DNA of 64,000 nt from SAR86 cluster bacterium. GTDB lineage: Bacteria > Pseudomonadota > Gammaproteobacteria > Magnimaribacterales > D2472. The translations under genes were made by a program, and so were the position numbers. Position 1 is the first letter of the stretch; the number at the start of each line of letters is the position of its first letter. This document shows positions 7,962 through 18,635 of this stretch, one piece after another. The stretch spans positions 726,315 to 790,314 of the forward strand of contig CP097971.1 of NCBI GenBank assembly GCA_023703615.1, read 5' to 3'. The notes under the pieces are model-generated. The model worked only from the letters and a program-made list of their open reading frames with translations. It made no database searches and was not told the origin of the DNA.

Positions 7962-10900
7962 TTAGAATTTAATACTAAAAGATGTTGATATAGTTCTTCC
8001 AATAAGAAGAGTTCCTCTTTCAACTTGATATCTATCTTCTGATCCATCATGATCAAGAGGGTTAGATACTCTTATTGCAAGAGTGATATCTTCTGTTGGT
8101 GTATATACATAACCAATTGTATCTGTAAAATAGCCATCATATTCAGTCATTGGTTGTCCACTTGCACCGATGTATCTGTCTGCTCTTATATCGGTCTGCT
8201 GTTTATTGATATATCCACCATCAACAAAATCCATTTTGTAGTATGCGAAGTGATCGTTTTTAGCTAGACCAATAGTTAAATCTTGAACCCACTCAGGATC
8301 AGATGCATAACCAGTTTTGTCAACTAAGTCAGCTGGATCTCCAGAGTCAGCTTGGTTTCTTTTATCTTGTTGATAACCTCTCCAAGCAAGTGATAGATTT
8401 CCTATTGAAAAGTCTTTATCCCAGTTAATTCTGTAAATGTAAGTACCAAAATCTATAGTACCCGCATTACCAGCTCCAACAGAGAATCCATTAACTTGGT
8501 TTGTTTCAGGATCTCTAGTGAAACTATCACAGAAGTTATTTGGAAATGAAGCTGCATCGTAACATGCCTCCATAAAATCAATTAAAGCAAATGTTGTTAC
8601 ATAATCTGTTAGAAGAATTTCTATGTAATCTGCTGACATTGAGACATTTCCAATTGCGTCAAAGAAATCGTTTGAAGGTGTGTAAATAATACCGTAGGAA
8701 TTTGTTTCACCACTTTCATCTAATAGTCTTGGGTTACCACCGGAAACACCTTGAACAGTACCACCAGCAACGAAACTTCTAAACGTAGAAGTATCTATAC
8801 CTATCGATGCACAGTTTGCCGCTCTATTAGCAGGAAAATCTCCATCAGCAACATATCTAGCATCACAAGGATCTTCTGCTTGTTGAAAACTTGGATTTAA
8901 AGGACCATATAAGTCATCAATGTTTGGTGACTTTGTAGTTGTTTGTTCTGAAGCCCTAACAGCAATTTCATCGTTAATTCTCCAGAATATACTTAATGCA
9001 TCAACGTCGTATTTATTTGTTCTTAAAGAATTAGTGTTCTCCAATTCTCTATAACCATAGTCGACCCTTACATCTTGTGCAAACGGCATATCTGACACTA
9101 CTGGAATAGAAAGCTCAATATACTTAGAATCAATATTAAACTGTCCATTTGTACTTTCTGTTTGGGATCCTCTAATAGCAACACTTAGTAGAGCCATTTG
9201 ATCAGCTAAGTAATCTGCGGTTTCTTTTCTGTTATCAAAACCAAGAACAAATTCTAATGGTCCAGCAGGAAGATCAATTATAGATCCTGATATAGAACCA
9301 AACATTGACATTTGATTTAAAGTTGAACCTGAAGTAGCTACAGACGTGAAATATTCTTTTGCAGCAGCATTTTCTGGGTTATTAAAGCCCATTACATTGT
9401 AAGGAGCACAATCACCAACACTACCAAGTCCAATACCGCCAGCTAAATATGAACCCCACGAGGAATCATAAGCAAACGCTGGAGTTGCAGGTAGTCTATA
9501 TGTTGGATCATAATTAAATCTACAATCAATTTCGCCAGTATCTGGATTTATGTCATAGTCCATAGCTGCAGCAAATCTTGCTCCAACAACAAATGGCTCA
9601 TCAGCCATAATTCTTGTCTCACCCCAACTATATCCAATTTCATAATTGAAGTCTCTGCCCATAGAATCAAAATTACCAGTGACACCCATTGAATAAAATT
9701 GTGTTGTACTTTCGTTATTGAAACCATCCCCTCTGAGTGTTGGAGAAAGATCAACATGAAGTTTTTGTAAATATCCTGGACTTGTAGCACTGTAACCAAG
9801 TCCTTCCATGATAGCTACAGAATTAGGCGTAAGGAAAGGATCATCAGTATATATTGGGATACTTCCAGATAATGTCCAGCAATTTGCTGCAGTACCTGTG
9901 CCATCGCCGTTATAAGTAGCTCCAGCCCATGGCGCAACATATCCACCAGCATTACAATTATCTCTATCTACATAACCAAACCAATAGTCACTGTAGTGTG
10001 CTGATGATGATGAACCATCATCTTCTGCTTTAAAAGAATTGTTATAAACATCAAAATACATTTGATGATCATCATTTATATCGTATTTTACAAAAACAGA
10101 TATATTTTTTCTTTCAAAGCCAGCTCTTAAAATCTTATTATCTTGAATGTTATAAATGCTTGATCCACGTGTATAGTAGTTTCTACCATAAGGAACACCT
10201 GGATCCATTGCAGTTAACTGACCAGGTGCACCAAAAATGTACCATAAAGGAGCAGAACCATTTAAGTTTAGGTTACCATTTCCTGAATAACCAACAGCTC
10301 CTACTTCATTATCACCCATAGCAGTTAATAAACCTTCAACTGGGTTAGAAACAAGATGGGGACATAAATCACCATTTAAATCACCGTATGATCTATAACC
10401 GTTAGCATCTTGAAGGCTTGCACCTCTTGTTGACTCTAAAGCTTTTTGATATGTATGTCCGAGTGTTGCATATATATCTTGTCCTGAATCATTTGGATTT
10501 TCGTACCAAAAACCACCAAGACAGTTTTGAATTCTTTGGTTAGCTTGGTCATAAAAAACTTGCCCTTTATCCTCAACTTGAGCATTTAATACAATGTTTC
10601 CTCTTCCATCAGCAAAATTACCACCAATGGTTAAGTTAAAGCTATTATCAGTATCCATTCCCGCATAATCATATTGATTAACAGAAATTTCAGCTCCTTC
10701 AAAATCATCTTTAAGAATAAAGTTAACAACACCAGCAATAGCGTCAGCACCATATACTGCTGCACCACCTACTGGAACTACTTCAATTCTATCGATCATC
10801 GCGCTTGGTATATTATTTAAATCAACCGCAAGACCAAGTCCAGCTCCACCGGTTGGTGATTGTGACCCTACAAATCTTCTACCATTAACAAGCGTTACAG

Positions 10901-11249
10901 TTCTTGAAGATCCCAATCCAAAGTTTGCAGCAACTTGTTGTCCAGCTCCCATTGAGCTTTGATCGCCTGATAATGAATTAACTGAACCAACTTCTGGTAA
11001 ATCCGTTAAAGCTGATGCAGCATTTGTATATGCTCTTTGCCTTATTTCATCACCTGAAATTATGGTAATTGGTTGTGCCATTTCTAGCGGGTTTCTAGCG
11101 ATTCTAGAACCTGTTGTGATAACTTCCTCAATTGATTCATCTGAATCAGCATCTACTTCAGTAACTTCTTCAACATCTTGCGCAATAGCAACAAAAGAGA
11201 CCAAAGATAAAGCCATTAAGAAAGACCTAAATCTCAATAAATTAGTCAT
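7962..11249 (-). CDS. TonB-dependent outer-membrane receptor (large, about 1095 aa)
   Basis: Signal peptide MTNLLRFRSFLMALSLVSFVAIAQD and a plug region (EEVITTGSRI..., IEVVPVGGAAVYGADAIAGVVNFILK). It has a long Gly/Asn/Tyr-rich barrel and a terminal aromatic residue (..FSIKF). I prefer the ATG at 11249 with GAGGGA upstream over the TTG at 11261. Confidence 0.9.
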   Translation of the reverse strand: MTNLLRFRSFLMALSLVSFVAIAQDVEEVTEVDADSDESIEEVITTGSRIARNPLEMAQPITIISGDEIRQRAYTNAASALTDLPEVGSVNSLSGDQSSMGAGQQVAANFGLGSSRTVTLVNGRRFVGSQSPTGGAGLGLAVDLNNIPSAMIDRIEVVPVGGAAVYGADAIAGVVNFILKDDFEGAEISVNQYDYAGMDTDNSFNLTIGGNFADGRGNIVLNAQVEDKGQVFYDQANQRIQNCLGGFWYENPNDSGQDIYATLGHTYQKALESTRGASLQDANGYRSYGDLNGDLCPHLVSNPVEGLLTAMGDNEVGAVGYSGNGNLNLNGSAPLWYIFGAPGQLTAMDPGVPYGRNYYTRGSSIYNIQDNKILRAGFERKNISVFVKYDINDDHQMYFDVYNNSFKAEDDGSSSSAHYSDYWFGYVDRDNCNAGGYVAPWAGATYNGDGTGTAANCWTLSGSIPIYTDDPFLTPNSVAIMEGLGYSATSPGYLQKLHVDLSPTLRGDGFNNESTTQFYSMGVTGNFDSMGRDFNYEIGYSWGETRIMADEPFVVGARFAAAMDYDINPDTGEIDCRFNYDPTYRLPATPAFAYDSSWGSYLAGGIGLGSVGDCAPYNVMGFNNPENAAAKEYFTSVATSGSTLNQMSMFGSISGSIIDLPAGPLEFVLGFDNRKETADYLADQMALLSVAIRGSQTESTNGQFNIDSKYIELSIPVVSDMPFAQDVRVDYGYRELENTNSLRTNKYDVDALSIFWRINDEIAVRASEQTTTKSPNIDDLYGPLNPSFQQAEDPCDARYVADGDFPANRAANCASIGIDTSTFRSFVAGGTVQGVSGGNPRLLDESGETNSYGIIYTPSNDFFDAIGNVSMSADYIEILLTDYVTTFALIDFMEACYDAASFPNNFCDSFTRDPETNQVNGFSVGAGNAGTIDFGTYIYRINWDKDFSIGNLSLAWRGYQQDKRNQADSGDPADLVDKTGYASDPEWVQDLTIGLAKNDHFAYYKMDFVDGGYINKQQTDIRADRYIGASGQPMTEYDGYFTDTIGYVYTPTEDITLAIRVSNPLDHDGSEDRYQVERGTLLIGRTISTSFSIKF

Positions 11250-11280
11250 ATATTCCCTCAAATTAAATTAAGGTTGCAGA

Positions 11281-11290
11281 ATATACCCTA
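11281..11290 (-). promoter_or_regulatory. Shared upstream motif TAGGGTATAT (sense), probable -10 region/operator of the TonB receptor gene
   Basis: The identical 10-mer lies at the identical distance (32-41 nt upstream of the ATG) in front of the second TonB receptor at 18583-18592. Confidence 0.4.
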
Positions 11291-11559
11291 TTTTTTAAGA
11301 AAAGGTGAAAAAATTGTATACAAAATATATAAATTTTTTCAGTAAAAGTTAAAGAAATGCTTTAAAAGTGTGATTTTTTGGAAGATTTTGATTTTATATA
11401 AATATTCACTAATTTTATTGAAATCTTTGAAAAGTACGTAAAAACGTTTTTATAGAAAGATATTTTGAGTCTTTTGATCATTAGAATTTAAAAATATAAA
11501 TATATAAACAATACATAATCTTTTACAATTTATTATTATATAAATAAATAAAAATTAAT

Positions 11560-12348
11560 ATGCTTTTAAAAAACAAAAAAATCTTAATATCAGGATTGGC
11601 AAATAAGTATTCTATTGCCTCTGGTATAGCAAGTGCCATGCATCGTGAGGGAGCAGAATTGGCTTTTACCTATCAAAATGAAAGATTACTAAAAAAATTA
11701 AAACCGTTAGCAAAAGAATATGGCTCTAATATTTTAATAGAATGTGATGTATCTTCAGATGATTCAATAAAAAATTCCTTCGTGGAGCTTAAAAAACGTT
11801 GGAGTTCATTTGATGGCTTCGTTCATTCTATTGGCTTTGCACCTGCAGATCAGTTAGAAGGTAATTTTGTAGATGTTACAACCAGAGAGGGTTTTAAAAT
11901 TGCACATGAAATAAGCTCATACAGTTTTACTGCAATGGCAAAAGAAGCAAAACCAGCTTTAAATGATGGTTCTGCCCTTCTAACTTTAACTTACTTAGGT
12001 TCAATGCAGTCATTACCAAATTACAATGTAATGGGATTAGCAAAAGCAAGTTTAGAAGCTAATACTAGATTTTTAGCAGCATCCATGGGTAAAGATAATA
12101 TTCGGGTCAATGCTATTTCAGCCGGACCTATCAAGACTCTTGCTGCGTCTGGTGTTAAAAATTTTAGAAAGATGCTTTCGCAACATTCATCACGTGCACC
12201 GCTTAGGAGAACTGTGACAACTGAAGAGGTTGGAAATGTAGCTGCATTTTTATGCTCTAATTATGCAAGTGGTGTTACAGGAGAAATTACATATGTTGAT
12301 GCAGGATTTAATACCGCAGCAATGCCGTTAAATGAATTTGAAGAATAA
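11560..12348 (+). CDS. fabI: Enoyl-[acyl-carrier-protein] reductase (NADH) FabI
   Basis: 262 aa. N-terminus [19 protein letters not shown], catalytic-region [13 protein letters not shown], and [12 protein letters not shown]. Confidence 0.93.
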   Translation: MLLKNKKILISGLANKYSIASGIASAMHREGAELAFTYQNERLLKKLKPLAKEYGSNILIECDVSSDDSIKNSFVELKKRWSSFDGFVHSIGFAPADQLEGNFVDVTTREGFKIAHEISSYSFTAMAKEAKPALNDGSALLTLTYLGSMQSLPNYNVMGLAKASLEANTRFLAASMGKDNIRVNAISAGPIKTLAASGVKNFRKMLSQHSSRAPLRRTVTTEEVGNVAAFLCSNYASGVTGEITYVDAGFNTAAMPLNEFEE

Positions 12349-12357
12349 TTGCTATTT

Positions 12358-13791
12358 ATGAAAGAAAAAAATCTTTTTAACTTAATTTTATTAACATCGA
12401 TAATTGTCATAAGTACTTCGTTATTTGGCTCAGATATAGAATCAAGTGTTAATAAACATAAAAATAAATTTGAAAATATTGCATTAAGCATATGGGACTA
12501 TGCTGAACTTGGTTATCAAGAAATCAAAAGCTCTACTGCCTTGGCAGAATCTTTAAAAGAGGAAGGTTTTAAAATTACATATAAAGTTGCAAATATACCA
12601 ACAGCATTTATTGCTGAGTATGGTAATAATGGGCCAGTTATTGGAATATTAGGGGAATTTGATGCTTTGCCCGGCCTTGCCCAAACTAATGCACCTTTTA
12701 AAGAAGTAATATCTAATGAAACTGGAGGCGGACATGCATGCGGTCATCATTTATTTGGTGCTGCTTCAGCATGGGCAGCAGTAGTTATAAAAGAATGGTT
12801 AGAAGAAAATAATATTGACGGTCGAATAAGGTTTTATGGCACTCCTGCTGAGGAAGGCGGGTCTGGAAAAGTATATATGGTAAGAGATGGACTCTTTGAA
12901 GATGTGGATATAGTTTTTCATTGGCATCCGGATGATGTTAATACAGCTAATTCAAGAACCTCGAATTCAAATAAATCTGCTAAATTTACCTTTAGAGGAA
13001 TATCAGCCCATGCTGCTGGATCACCTGAGCTTGGAAGATCTGCTTTAGATGGAGTTGAAGCTATGAATATGATGGTGAATATGATGAGGGAACATGTACC
13101 ACAAGAATCTAGAATCCATTATGTTATTACTAAGGGAGGTTTAGCTCCAAATGTTGTTCCTGATATTGCAGAAGTTTATTACTACGTTAGACATCCTAAT
13201 ATGAAAAATGTCGAAGAGTTATTTCAAAGAGTTGTGAAAACAGCTGAAGGTGCTGCCAAAGGAACAGAAACTCAAATGACTTACGAAGTAATGCATGGTA
13301 ATTATTCTTTATTGCCCAATGAAACCGTTCAGAAAATTGTTCATAAAAATTTATCTGAAATAGGTGGAATAAAATACACACAAAAAGAGAATAATTATGC
13401 AGAAGAGATATATCAAACTTTTATAAAGCCCGATAAATTGATAGGCTCTCAAGAGGAAATTCAAGATTATAGATTTTCACATAGTTATGGATCTACCGAC
13501 GTTGGTGATGTAAGTTGGGTTGTGCCTACAGCTGGAATGAGAGCAGCTTCGTGGGTACCCGGAACAGCTTCTCATTCATGGCAGGCTGTTGCCTCTGGTG
13601 GAACTTCAATTGGACTAAAAGGAGCAGAACTTGCGGTAAAAACTTTAAGTGCTTCTGCAATTGAAATCTATAAAAATCCTGAGATCATAATTAAAGCAAA
13701 AAAAGAACTTAATGAGAGAGTTGGAAAAGATTTTAAATATAAAGCTTTGCTTGGAGATCGAGAGCCGCCACTGAACTATAGAGTTAATTAA
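12358..13791 (+). CDS. M20D-family amidohydrolase, AbgB-like (aminoacyl/aminobenzoyl-glutamate hydrolase type), with a signal peptide
   Basis: GGGHACGHHLFG metal-binding motif and about 480 aa, as for AbgB. The hydrophobic N-terminus MKEKNLFNLILLTSIIVISTSLFG suggests export. The ORF track begins at a TTG (12349). Confidence 0.78.
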   Translation: MKEKNLFNLILLTSIIVISTSLFGSDIESSVNKHKNKFENIALSIWDYAELGYQEIKSSTALAESLKEEGFKITYKVANIPTAFIAEYGNNGPVIGILGEFDALPGLAQTNAPFKEVISNETGGGHACGHHLFGAASAWAAVVIKEWLEENNIDGRIRFYGTPAEEGGSGKVYMVRDGLFEDVDIVFHWHPDDVNTANSRTSNSNKSAKFTFRGISAHAAGSPELGRSALDGVEAMNMMVNMMREHVPQESRIHYVITKGGLAPNVVPDIAEVYYYVRHPNMKNVEELFQRVVKTAEGAAKGTETQMTYEVMHGNYSLLPNETVQKIVHKNLSEIGGIKYTQKENNYAEEIYQTFIKPDKLIGSQEEIQDYRFSHSYGSTDVGDVSWVVPTAGMRAASWVPGTASHSWQAVASGGTSIGLKGAELAVKTLSASAIEIYKNPEIIIKAKKELNERVGKDFKYKALLGDREPPLNYRVN

Positions 13792-15544
13792 TCTGTATAG
13801 ATACTCCGCCGTTAGGCCTTCTTAAATCACTATATCCATAATTTACTCCATTTATTGAATAGATACTTTGGGTGCCACCAATTGATTTAGATTGAATCAT
13901 CAAATGGCCTTTTTTTTCTAAATTATCAACTGTATCTTTACTGACAATTGATTCGTATTCTAGATATTCATCAGGGGTAAAGTTCATATTTATTCTTGGT
14001 AGCATCGTTGCATCACTGACTGATAGATCAAAATCAATGACGCCTGTTATAACTCTTAAAATTGCTGCAGGAATTCTTGCACCACCAGGAGAACCCGTAA
14101 TCAATCTTAATTCATTATCTTCAAATGTCATTACTGGTGACATATTTGTAACTGATCTTTTGTTTGGTTCTAATCTGTTTAACGGATTTGCAAATCTTCC
14201 AGAAATTGAAGGGGAGTCATAATCATAGGAAAAGTTAGACATCTGATTATTCATAAGAATTCCAGTTCCAGGTATTGTTACACCTGAACCGTAAGAATAA
14301 CCAAGTGTGAATGTATTGGAGACAGCATTGCCATCTTTGTCAATAATTGAATAATGAGTGGTATTTGTACCCTCAGTTAAATTTGAATATGGAGAGATCT
14401 CACTATTTTTTGTAGCTTTATCTATACTAATTGACTTAGATAATTCTTTGCCTCTTTTCTTTGAAATTAATTCATTTGTGTAATCATTATAAAATACTGG
14501 ATCGCCAATATTGATTGATCTGTCCATATGGCCCCTTCTCAATGATTCAGCTAAAAGGTGTAAAACCTCTGATGAGTTTGGTTCATATGATTTAAGTTCA
14601 AAATTTTCCAATACACTAAGAGATTCCAATATTACAGAACCACCTACTGATGGAGGATTTGAAGCAAATATAATATGGTTTCTGTAGTTGATTGATAATG
14701 GCTTTGTAACTTTGGCCTCATAGTTAGCTAAATCTATTGCATCAACAAATCCGTTGTTTTTCTTCATTGCCATTTGAATTTTTTCTGCAACAAGACCTTT
14801 ATAAAAACCATCGCTGCCATTTGCGGCAATAAGTTCTAAAACATCTCCTAAATCATTTTGAATGAACTTTGTTCCTTCTTTAAGAGGATCGCCTTTTTTG
14901 AAAAATATACTATTTGACTCTACGTTAGCCTTTAACTGATTGGTATATCTAACAGCATTTTCTAAATCATAACTTACAGTTATTCCATTTTTAGCTTGCT
15001 CAATAGCATCTTTTAATAAAATACTTAGCGGCATAGATCCATATAACTCATGTGCTTTTAAAAGACCTGCAACAGTTCCAGGCACTGCGATAGCTTTATA
15101 GCCATATCTAACTATATTTCTATCATAATCTTTTGGAGCTTCTTCATTACCAAATAACGAAGTGTTTGAAGCGTTTCTTGATGATTCACTTTTGTAGTTA
15201 ATATTAATGACTGCATTTTCATCTTTCATATAAATAAGCATAAAGCCACCGCCTCCAAGAGACCCTGCTCTAGGAAGAGTTACAGCTAAAGAAAAACCAA
15301 CTGCAACTGCAGCATCAACTGCATTGCCACCTTGGTTTAGAATATTTATTCCAACATCTGATGAGAGTGAATTTTGTGAAACTACCATTCCAGACTGACC
15401 AACAATAGGTTGATAGGGAGTTAAATAATCTAAATACTTTTCATTTAAATTATATGGGGTAATTAATTCATTATTATCTGAAGAGACTGAAAAATGACTG
15501 AAAATTATCAACGTTATATATATGAATGTATTTTTTAATTTCAT
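13784..15544 (-). CDS. ggt: Gamma-glutamyltranspeptidase
   Basis: 586 aa with a signal peptide. It has the autoprocessing/catalytic site TEGTNTTHYSIIDKDGNAVS and the GGGGFMLIY and SPGGARI motifs. Confidence 0.9.
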   Translation of the reverse strand: MKLKNTFIYITLIIFSHFSVSSDNNELITPYNLNEKYLDYLTPYQPIVGQSGMVVSQNSLSSDVGINILNQGGNAVDAAVAVGFSLAVTLPRAGSLGGGGFMLIYMKDENAVININYKSESSRNASNTSLFGNEEAPKDYDRNIVRYGYKAIAVPGTVAGLLKAHELYGSMPLSILLKDAIEQAKNGITVSYDLENAVRYTNQLKANVESNSIFFKKGDPLKEGTKFIQNDLGDVLELIAANGSDGFYKGLVAEKIQMAMKKNNGFVDAIDLANYEAKVTKPLSINYRNHIIFASNPPSVGGSVILESLSVLENFELKSYEPNSSEVLHLLAESLRRGHMDRSINIGDPVFYNDYTNELISKKRGKELSKSISIDKATKNSEISPYSNLTEGTNTTHYSIIDKDGNAVSNTFTLGYSYGSGVTIPGTGILMNNQMSNFSYDYDSPSISGRFANPLNRLEPNKRSVTNMSPVMTFEDNELRLITGSPGGARIPAAILRVITGVIDFDLSVSDATMLPRINMNFTPDEYLEYESIVSKDTVDNLEKKGHLMIQSKSIGGTQSIYSINGVNYGYSDLRRPNGGVSIQIN

Positions 15545-15552
15545 AAAGTTTT

Positions 15553-15585
15553 TTTAATAAAAAAGGGAGTACAAGACTCCCCTTT
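15553..15585 (-). terminator. Rho-independent terminator after the 982-aa TonB-dependent receptor
   Basis: Stem GGGAGT/ACTCCC (15565-15581) with a 5-nt loop, followed on the minus strand by TTTTTATT. Confidence 0.65.
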
Positions 15586-15602
15586 TAGTGTTTAAAAAAT
15601 TA

Positions 15603-18551
15603 TTAGAATTTTTTATAAAGTTCAACGCTGTAGTTTCTTCCAAAGTCAGTATGAAGATCGCCCCAGAAGCTTCCGATATATTCATCAGCTAAAGGTGCTC
15701 TATTATCTTCAAGGTTCTTTACAGCAGCTCTAATTCTTAGACCGTTATCAAATGTATATCCTAAAGTAACATTAGTCATATCCATTGCATCAACAGTCCA
15801 CATAGTTCTTACACCATCGATAGTTTCAGTATGGCCTGATTCAAAGAACTCGTCCCAGAATGTTCCAGAAACTAATACTTGGTATGGTCCAAGCTTCCAT
15901 GATAATTTCATGGTGTATTTATTTTCAATACGTCCATCTAATCCGAGAAGATTATCAACACCTCTAACAGGAGCTAAACCTTCAAGCAATCCACCTGGTC
16001 CACCAGCTACACTTAATCTTTGAGCATCTCCGCCAGCCTCTTGTTCGTAAGTATCATAATGAACATGAGTAACTTTTGCTCCAAAGTCACCAAATTTAGT
16101 GTCTATTGAGTATTGAATATTTGTATCCATACCTTCAATGGTTCTAGTATCATTGTTAACGTAATAATCATTAACCTGCATTACATCGCCAACTTGACAC
16201 AAGGATGAGCTCCATGTTCCACGCTCAGGATCTGCACCTCCCCAAGGTGATCTTATAACGTTTGGATTACCTGAACATTGTGATGCACCACCTTCTGCTC
16301 TAATTAATGCGTCTAATAAAACTGCATTAGTCATACCAAAAGCACCTATAGTGTCTTCTGTTTCGATTTTCCATTTGTCTACAGTAATAATTAGATCTTG
16401 TATAGGCTCAATAACTGCACCAATAGATGAGTTTTCTCCAAGCTCTGGAGTAAGGCCTGGATTACCTGCAGTAATTCTCTGCATTGAGTAATCAAGTTGA
16501 TCATCACCATATGCAAGATCCAGTAACGCGTCATTAGTTGAGGTGCTTCTTCCTAAGAAACCCTCATTAATAAGTATTAATGCAGGGGCTCTAAATGTTT
16601 CAGAAGCTGATGCTCTTATAGTTACTTGTTCAATTGGGGTGAAACCAATTGCAAATTTTCCCACTGTAGCATCTCCATAATCACTTGAATCCTCTGTTCT
16701 GATTGCAAGTTGAGCGTCAATCATTGAATGAATAGGCAAAGCTAATTCAACAAATGCAGAATAAGTAGTTCTTCCACCACCAGAAGCAGGTGTTGCGCTT
16801 GAATTAACAACATCTGAAATTAATGGGAATGCTAATCCCTGTCTTGGTCCTACTGGAACTACGTAAGTAGGCTCACTAATTCTTGGATCCCTACCATCAA
16901 CATAAGATTCTTTTCTGGCTTCAAATCCAATTAACATACCTGCTGAACCTGCTGGTAAATCAAAGACATCTGGATTTGATAACTTGAGATCCCACATGTA
17001 CAAGCTTGAGTAATTATCTCTAACAATGCTAATAGTAAAAGGATCCTCATCATTAATACCTGGACCAGCAAAAGGGTTATACGCTTGGTCATTGTTAAGA
17101 GCCAACATATGATCCAATAATGTCATAGATTGTCTTCCAGTATTATTTTGTTTAGATTTTGCTTGAGACCATACGATTGCAGTATCCCAGTCCCATGTTC
17201 CTGTGTTACCTCTAAAACCCTGAACAAATCTTAAAGTTGTTCTATGTGAATCATATCCTCTTGGAGTATCAAATCTATGTCTTGCCTTATAAAGGCCTAA
17301 TGGATTGAAATCGCTTCGATCTACGAATTTGTCACCATCAGAATTCACTAATTGATTTAACCAATAATTCGATGCTGGAACTAGATATGGTTGAGTACAA
17401 GTACCTGAACTTGCGCAACCACCAGCACCTAGTGTAGTGCCTGGCCATCTATTTTGTTGAGCAAGAGAATGATATGCACCTATTTCTGTATAGGTTTCAA
17501 CACCGCTTGCAAGCTCTGAATTAATAAAAACATACAAATTTTGTCTCTCTAAATCAGGTCTCATATCATTAAGACCTGGCTCGTTATAATAACCTCTATA
17601 TGAACTACTAGAGCTACCAGTTCTAATTAAACATGATGCTCCTTCAGCATCAAAATAAACATTAGATGATGTTGAATCACATGCTGAATCAGTTAAAGGT
17701 TTTGAATGCCAACGTGATCCAACACCTGGTGCATCCCAGACTCCATAATAACCTGCAGAATTTGATTGTCTCCATGAAGTATCAGACCATGCAGATAAGC
17801 CATAAAGATTTGGACTTAATCCAGGATAGATTCTTGGATCCATTGTTCTCCACTTTGGATCTTCATAACCAGAAATTTTGTCTCTATCATAAATATCTAG
17901 ATATACTGAAATGTTAGTTTTACCAAAGTCATCCCCCCACTGGAAACTCATTTTGTTATCTTTTGCCCCAAAACCATCATAAGCACTAGACTTAAATCTA
18001 ACTTTCATTCCAACATAATCGTTATCAAGAACTGTGTTAACAACACCAGCTAGAGCATCGGCACCGTAAATAGCTGAAGCACCATCTCTTAATATTTCAA
18101 TTCTATCTGCACCATATGAGGGAATAGCATTTGAGTTGGTTGTCATTACGGGTATTGTTCCCCCAAGAATTGGCTCTGTTTGATAACCTGGGGATGTTAC
18201 TAATCTTCTTCCATTTATCAATGTAAGTGTATTACCAGTACCAATGTCTCTTAAGTTGAATGCACCAACATCACCTCTTGATGCGTTATAACCACCACTA
18301 AATTCATTTTGGTTAAAAGTATTTTGACCAAATTCAGCAATATTATCTAAAAGCTCATCACCAGAATCTATACCCATAGCATCCATATCATCAGCTGATA
18401 TCACTGTAACAGGCAAAACACCAGTAATAGTCGCTCCTTTAATTTGCGAACCAACAACAACTACTTCTTCAACATCTGAATCTTCTGACTCTTGTGCAAA
18501 AAAGTATGTTGTAAAAATTAATGGAAGTACAAAAAATATTTTTTTTAACAT
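15603..18551 (-). CDS. TonB-dependent outer-membrane receptor
   Basis: Signal peptide MLKKIFFVLPLIFTTYFFAQ and plug motifs (EEVVVVGSQIKG, IEILRDGASAIYGADALAGVVNTVL). It ends in ..VELYKKF. AGGGGA RBS. Confidence 0.9.
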   Translation of the reverse strand: MLKKIFFVLPLIFTTYFFAQESEDSDVEEVVVVGSQIKGATITGVLPVTVISADDMDAMGIDSGDELLDNIAEFGQNTFNQNEFSGGYNASRGDVGAFNLRDIGTGNTLTLINGRRLVTSPGYQTEPILGGTIPVMTTNSNAIPSYGADRIEILRDGASAIYGADALAGVVNTVLDNDYVGMKVRFKSSAYDGFGAKDNKMSFQWGDDFGKTNISVYLDIYDRDKISGYEDPKWRTMDPRIYPGLSPNLYGLSAWSDTSWRQSNSAGYYGVWDAPGVGSRWHSKPLTDSACDSTSSNVYFDAEGASCLIRTGSSSSSYRGYYNEPGLNDMRPDLERQNLYVFINSELASGVETYTEIGAYHSLAQQNRWPGTTLGAGGCASSGTCTQPYLVPASNYWLNQLVNSDGDKFVDRSDFNPLGLYKARHRFDTPRGYDSHRTTLRFVQGFRGNTGTWDWDTAIVWSQAKSKQNNTGRQSMTLLDHMLALNNDQAYNPFAGPGINDEDPFTISIVRDNYSSLYMWDLKLSNPDVFDLPAGSAGMLIGFEARKESYVDGRDPRISEPTYVVPVGPRQGLAFPLISDVVNSSATPASGGGRTTYSAFVELALPIHSMIDAQLAIRTEDSSDYGDATVGKFAIGFTPIEQVTIRASASETFRAPALILINEGFLGRSTSTNDALLDLAYGDDQLDYSMQRITAGNPGLTPELGENSSIGAVIEPIQDLIITVDKWKIETEDTIGAFGMTNAVLLDALIRAEGGASQCSGNPNVIRSPWGGADPERGTWSSSLCQVGDVMQVNDYYVNNDTRTIEGMDTNIQYSIDTKFGDFGAKVTHVHYDTYEQEAGGDAQRLSVAGGPGGLLEGLAPVRGVDNLLGLDGRIENKYTMKLSWKLGPYQVLVSGTFWDEFFESGHTETIDGVRTMWTVDAMDMTNVTLGYTFDNGLRIRAAVKNLEDNRAPLADEYIGSFWGDLHTDFGRNYSVELYKKF

Positions 18552-18582
18552 TATTATCCCCTATTTAACGTTATTCATAGTT

Positions 18583-18592
18583 ATATACCCTA
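18583..18592 (-). promoter_or_regulatory. Shared upstream motif TAGGGTATAT (sense), second copy
   Basis: Same 10-mer and same 32-nt offset from the ATG as at 11281-11290. Confidence 0.4.
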
Positions 18593-18635
18593 ATTGTAAG
18601 CCAAAAACTTAAAAAAAATCAATTTTTAACAGATA

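Noticed and set aside
11439-11452. Perfect 14-bp palindrome TAAAAACGTTTTTA about 108 bp upstream of fabI, as a possible FabR/FadR-type operator.
   Set aside because: A handful of 14-bp perfect palindromes are expected by chance in 64 kb of AT-rich DNA. It does not resemble known FadR/FabR consensus sites, and no second copy was noticed.
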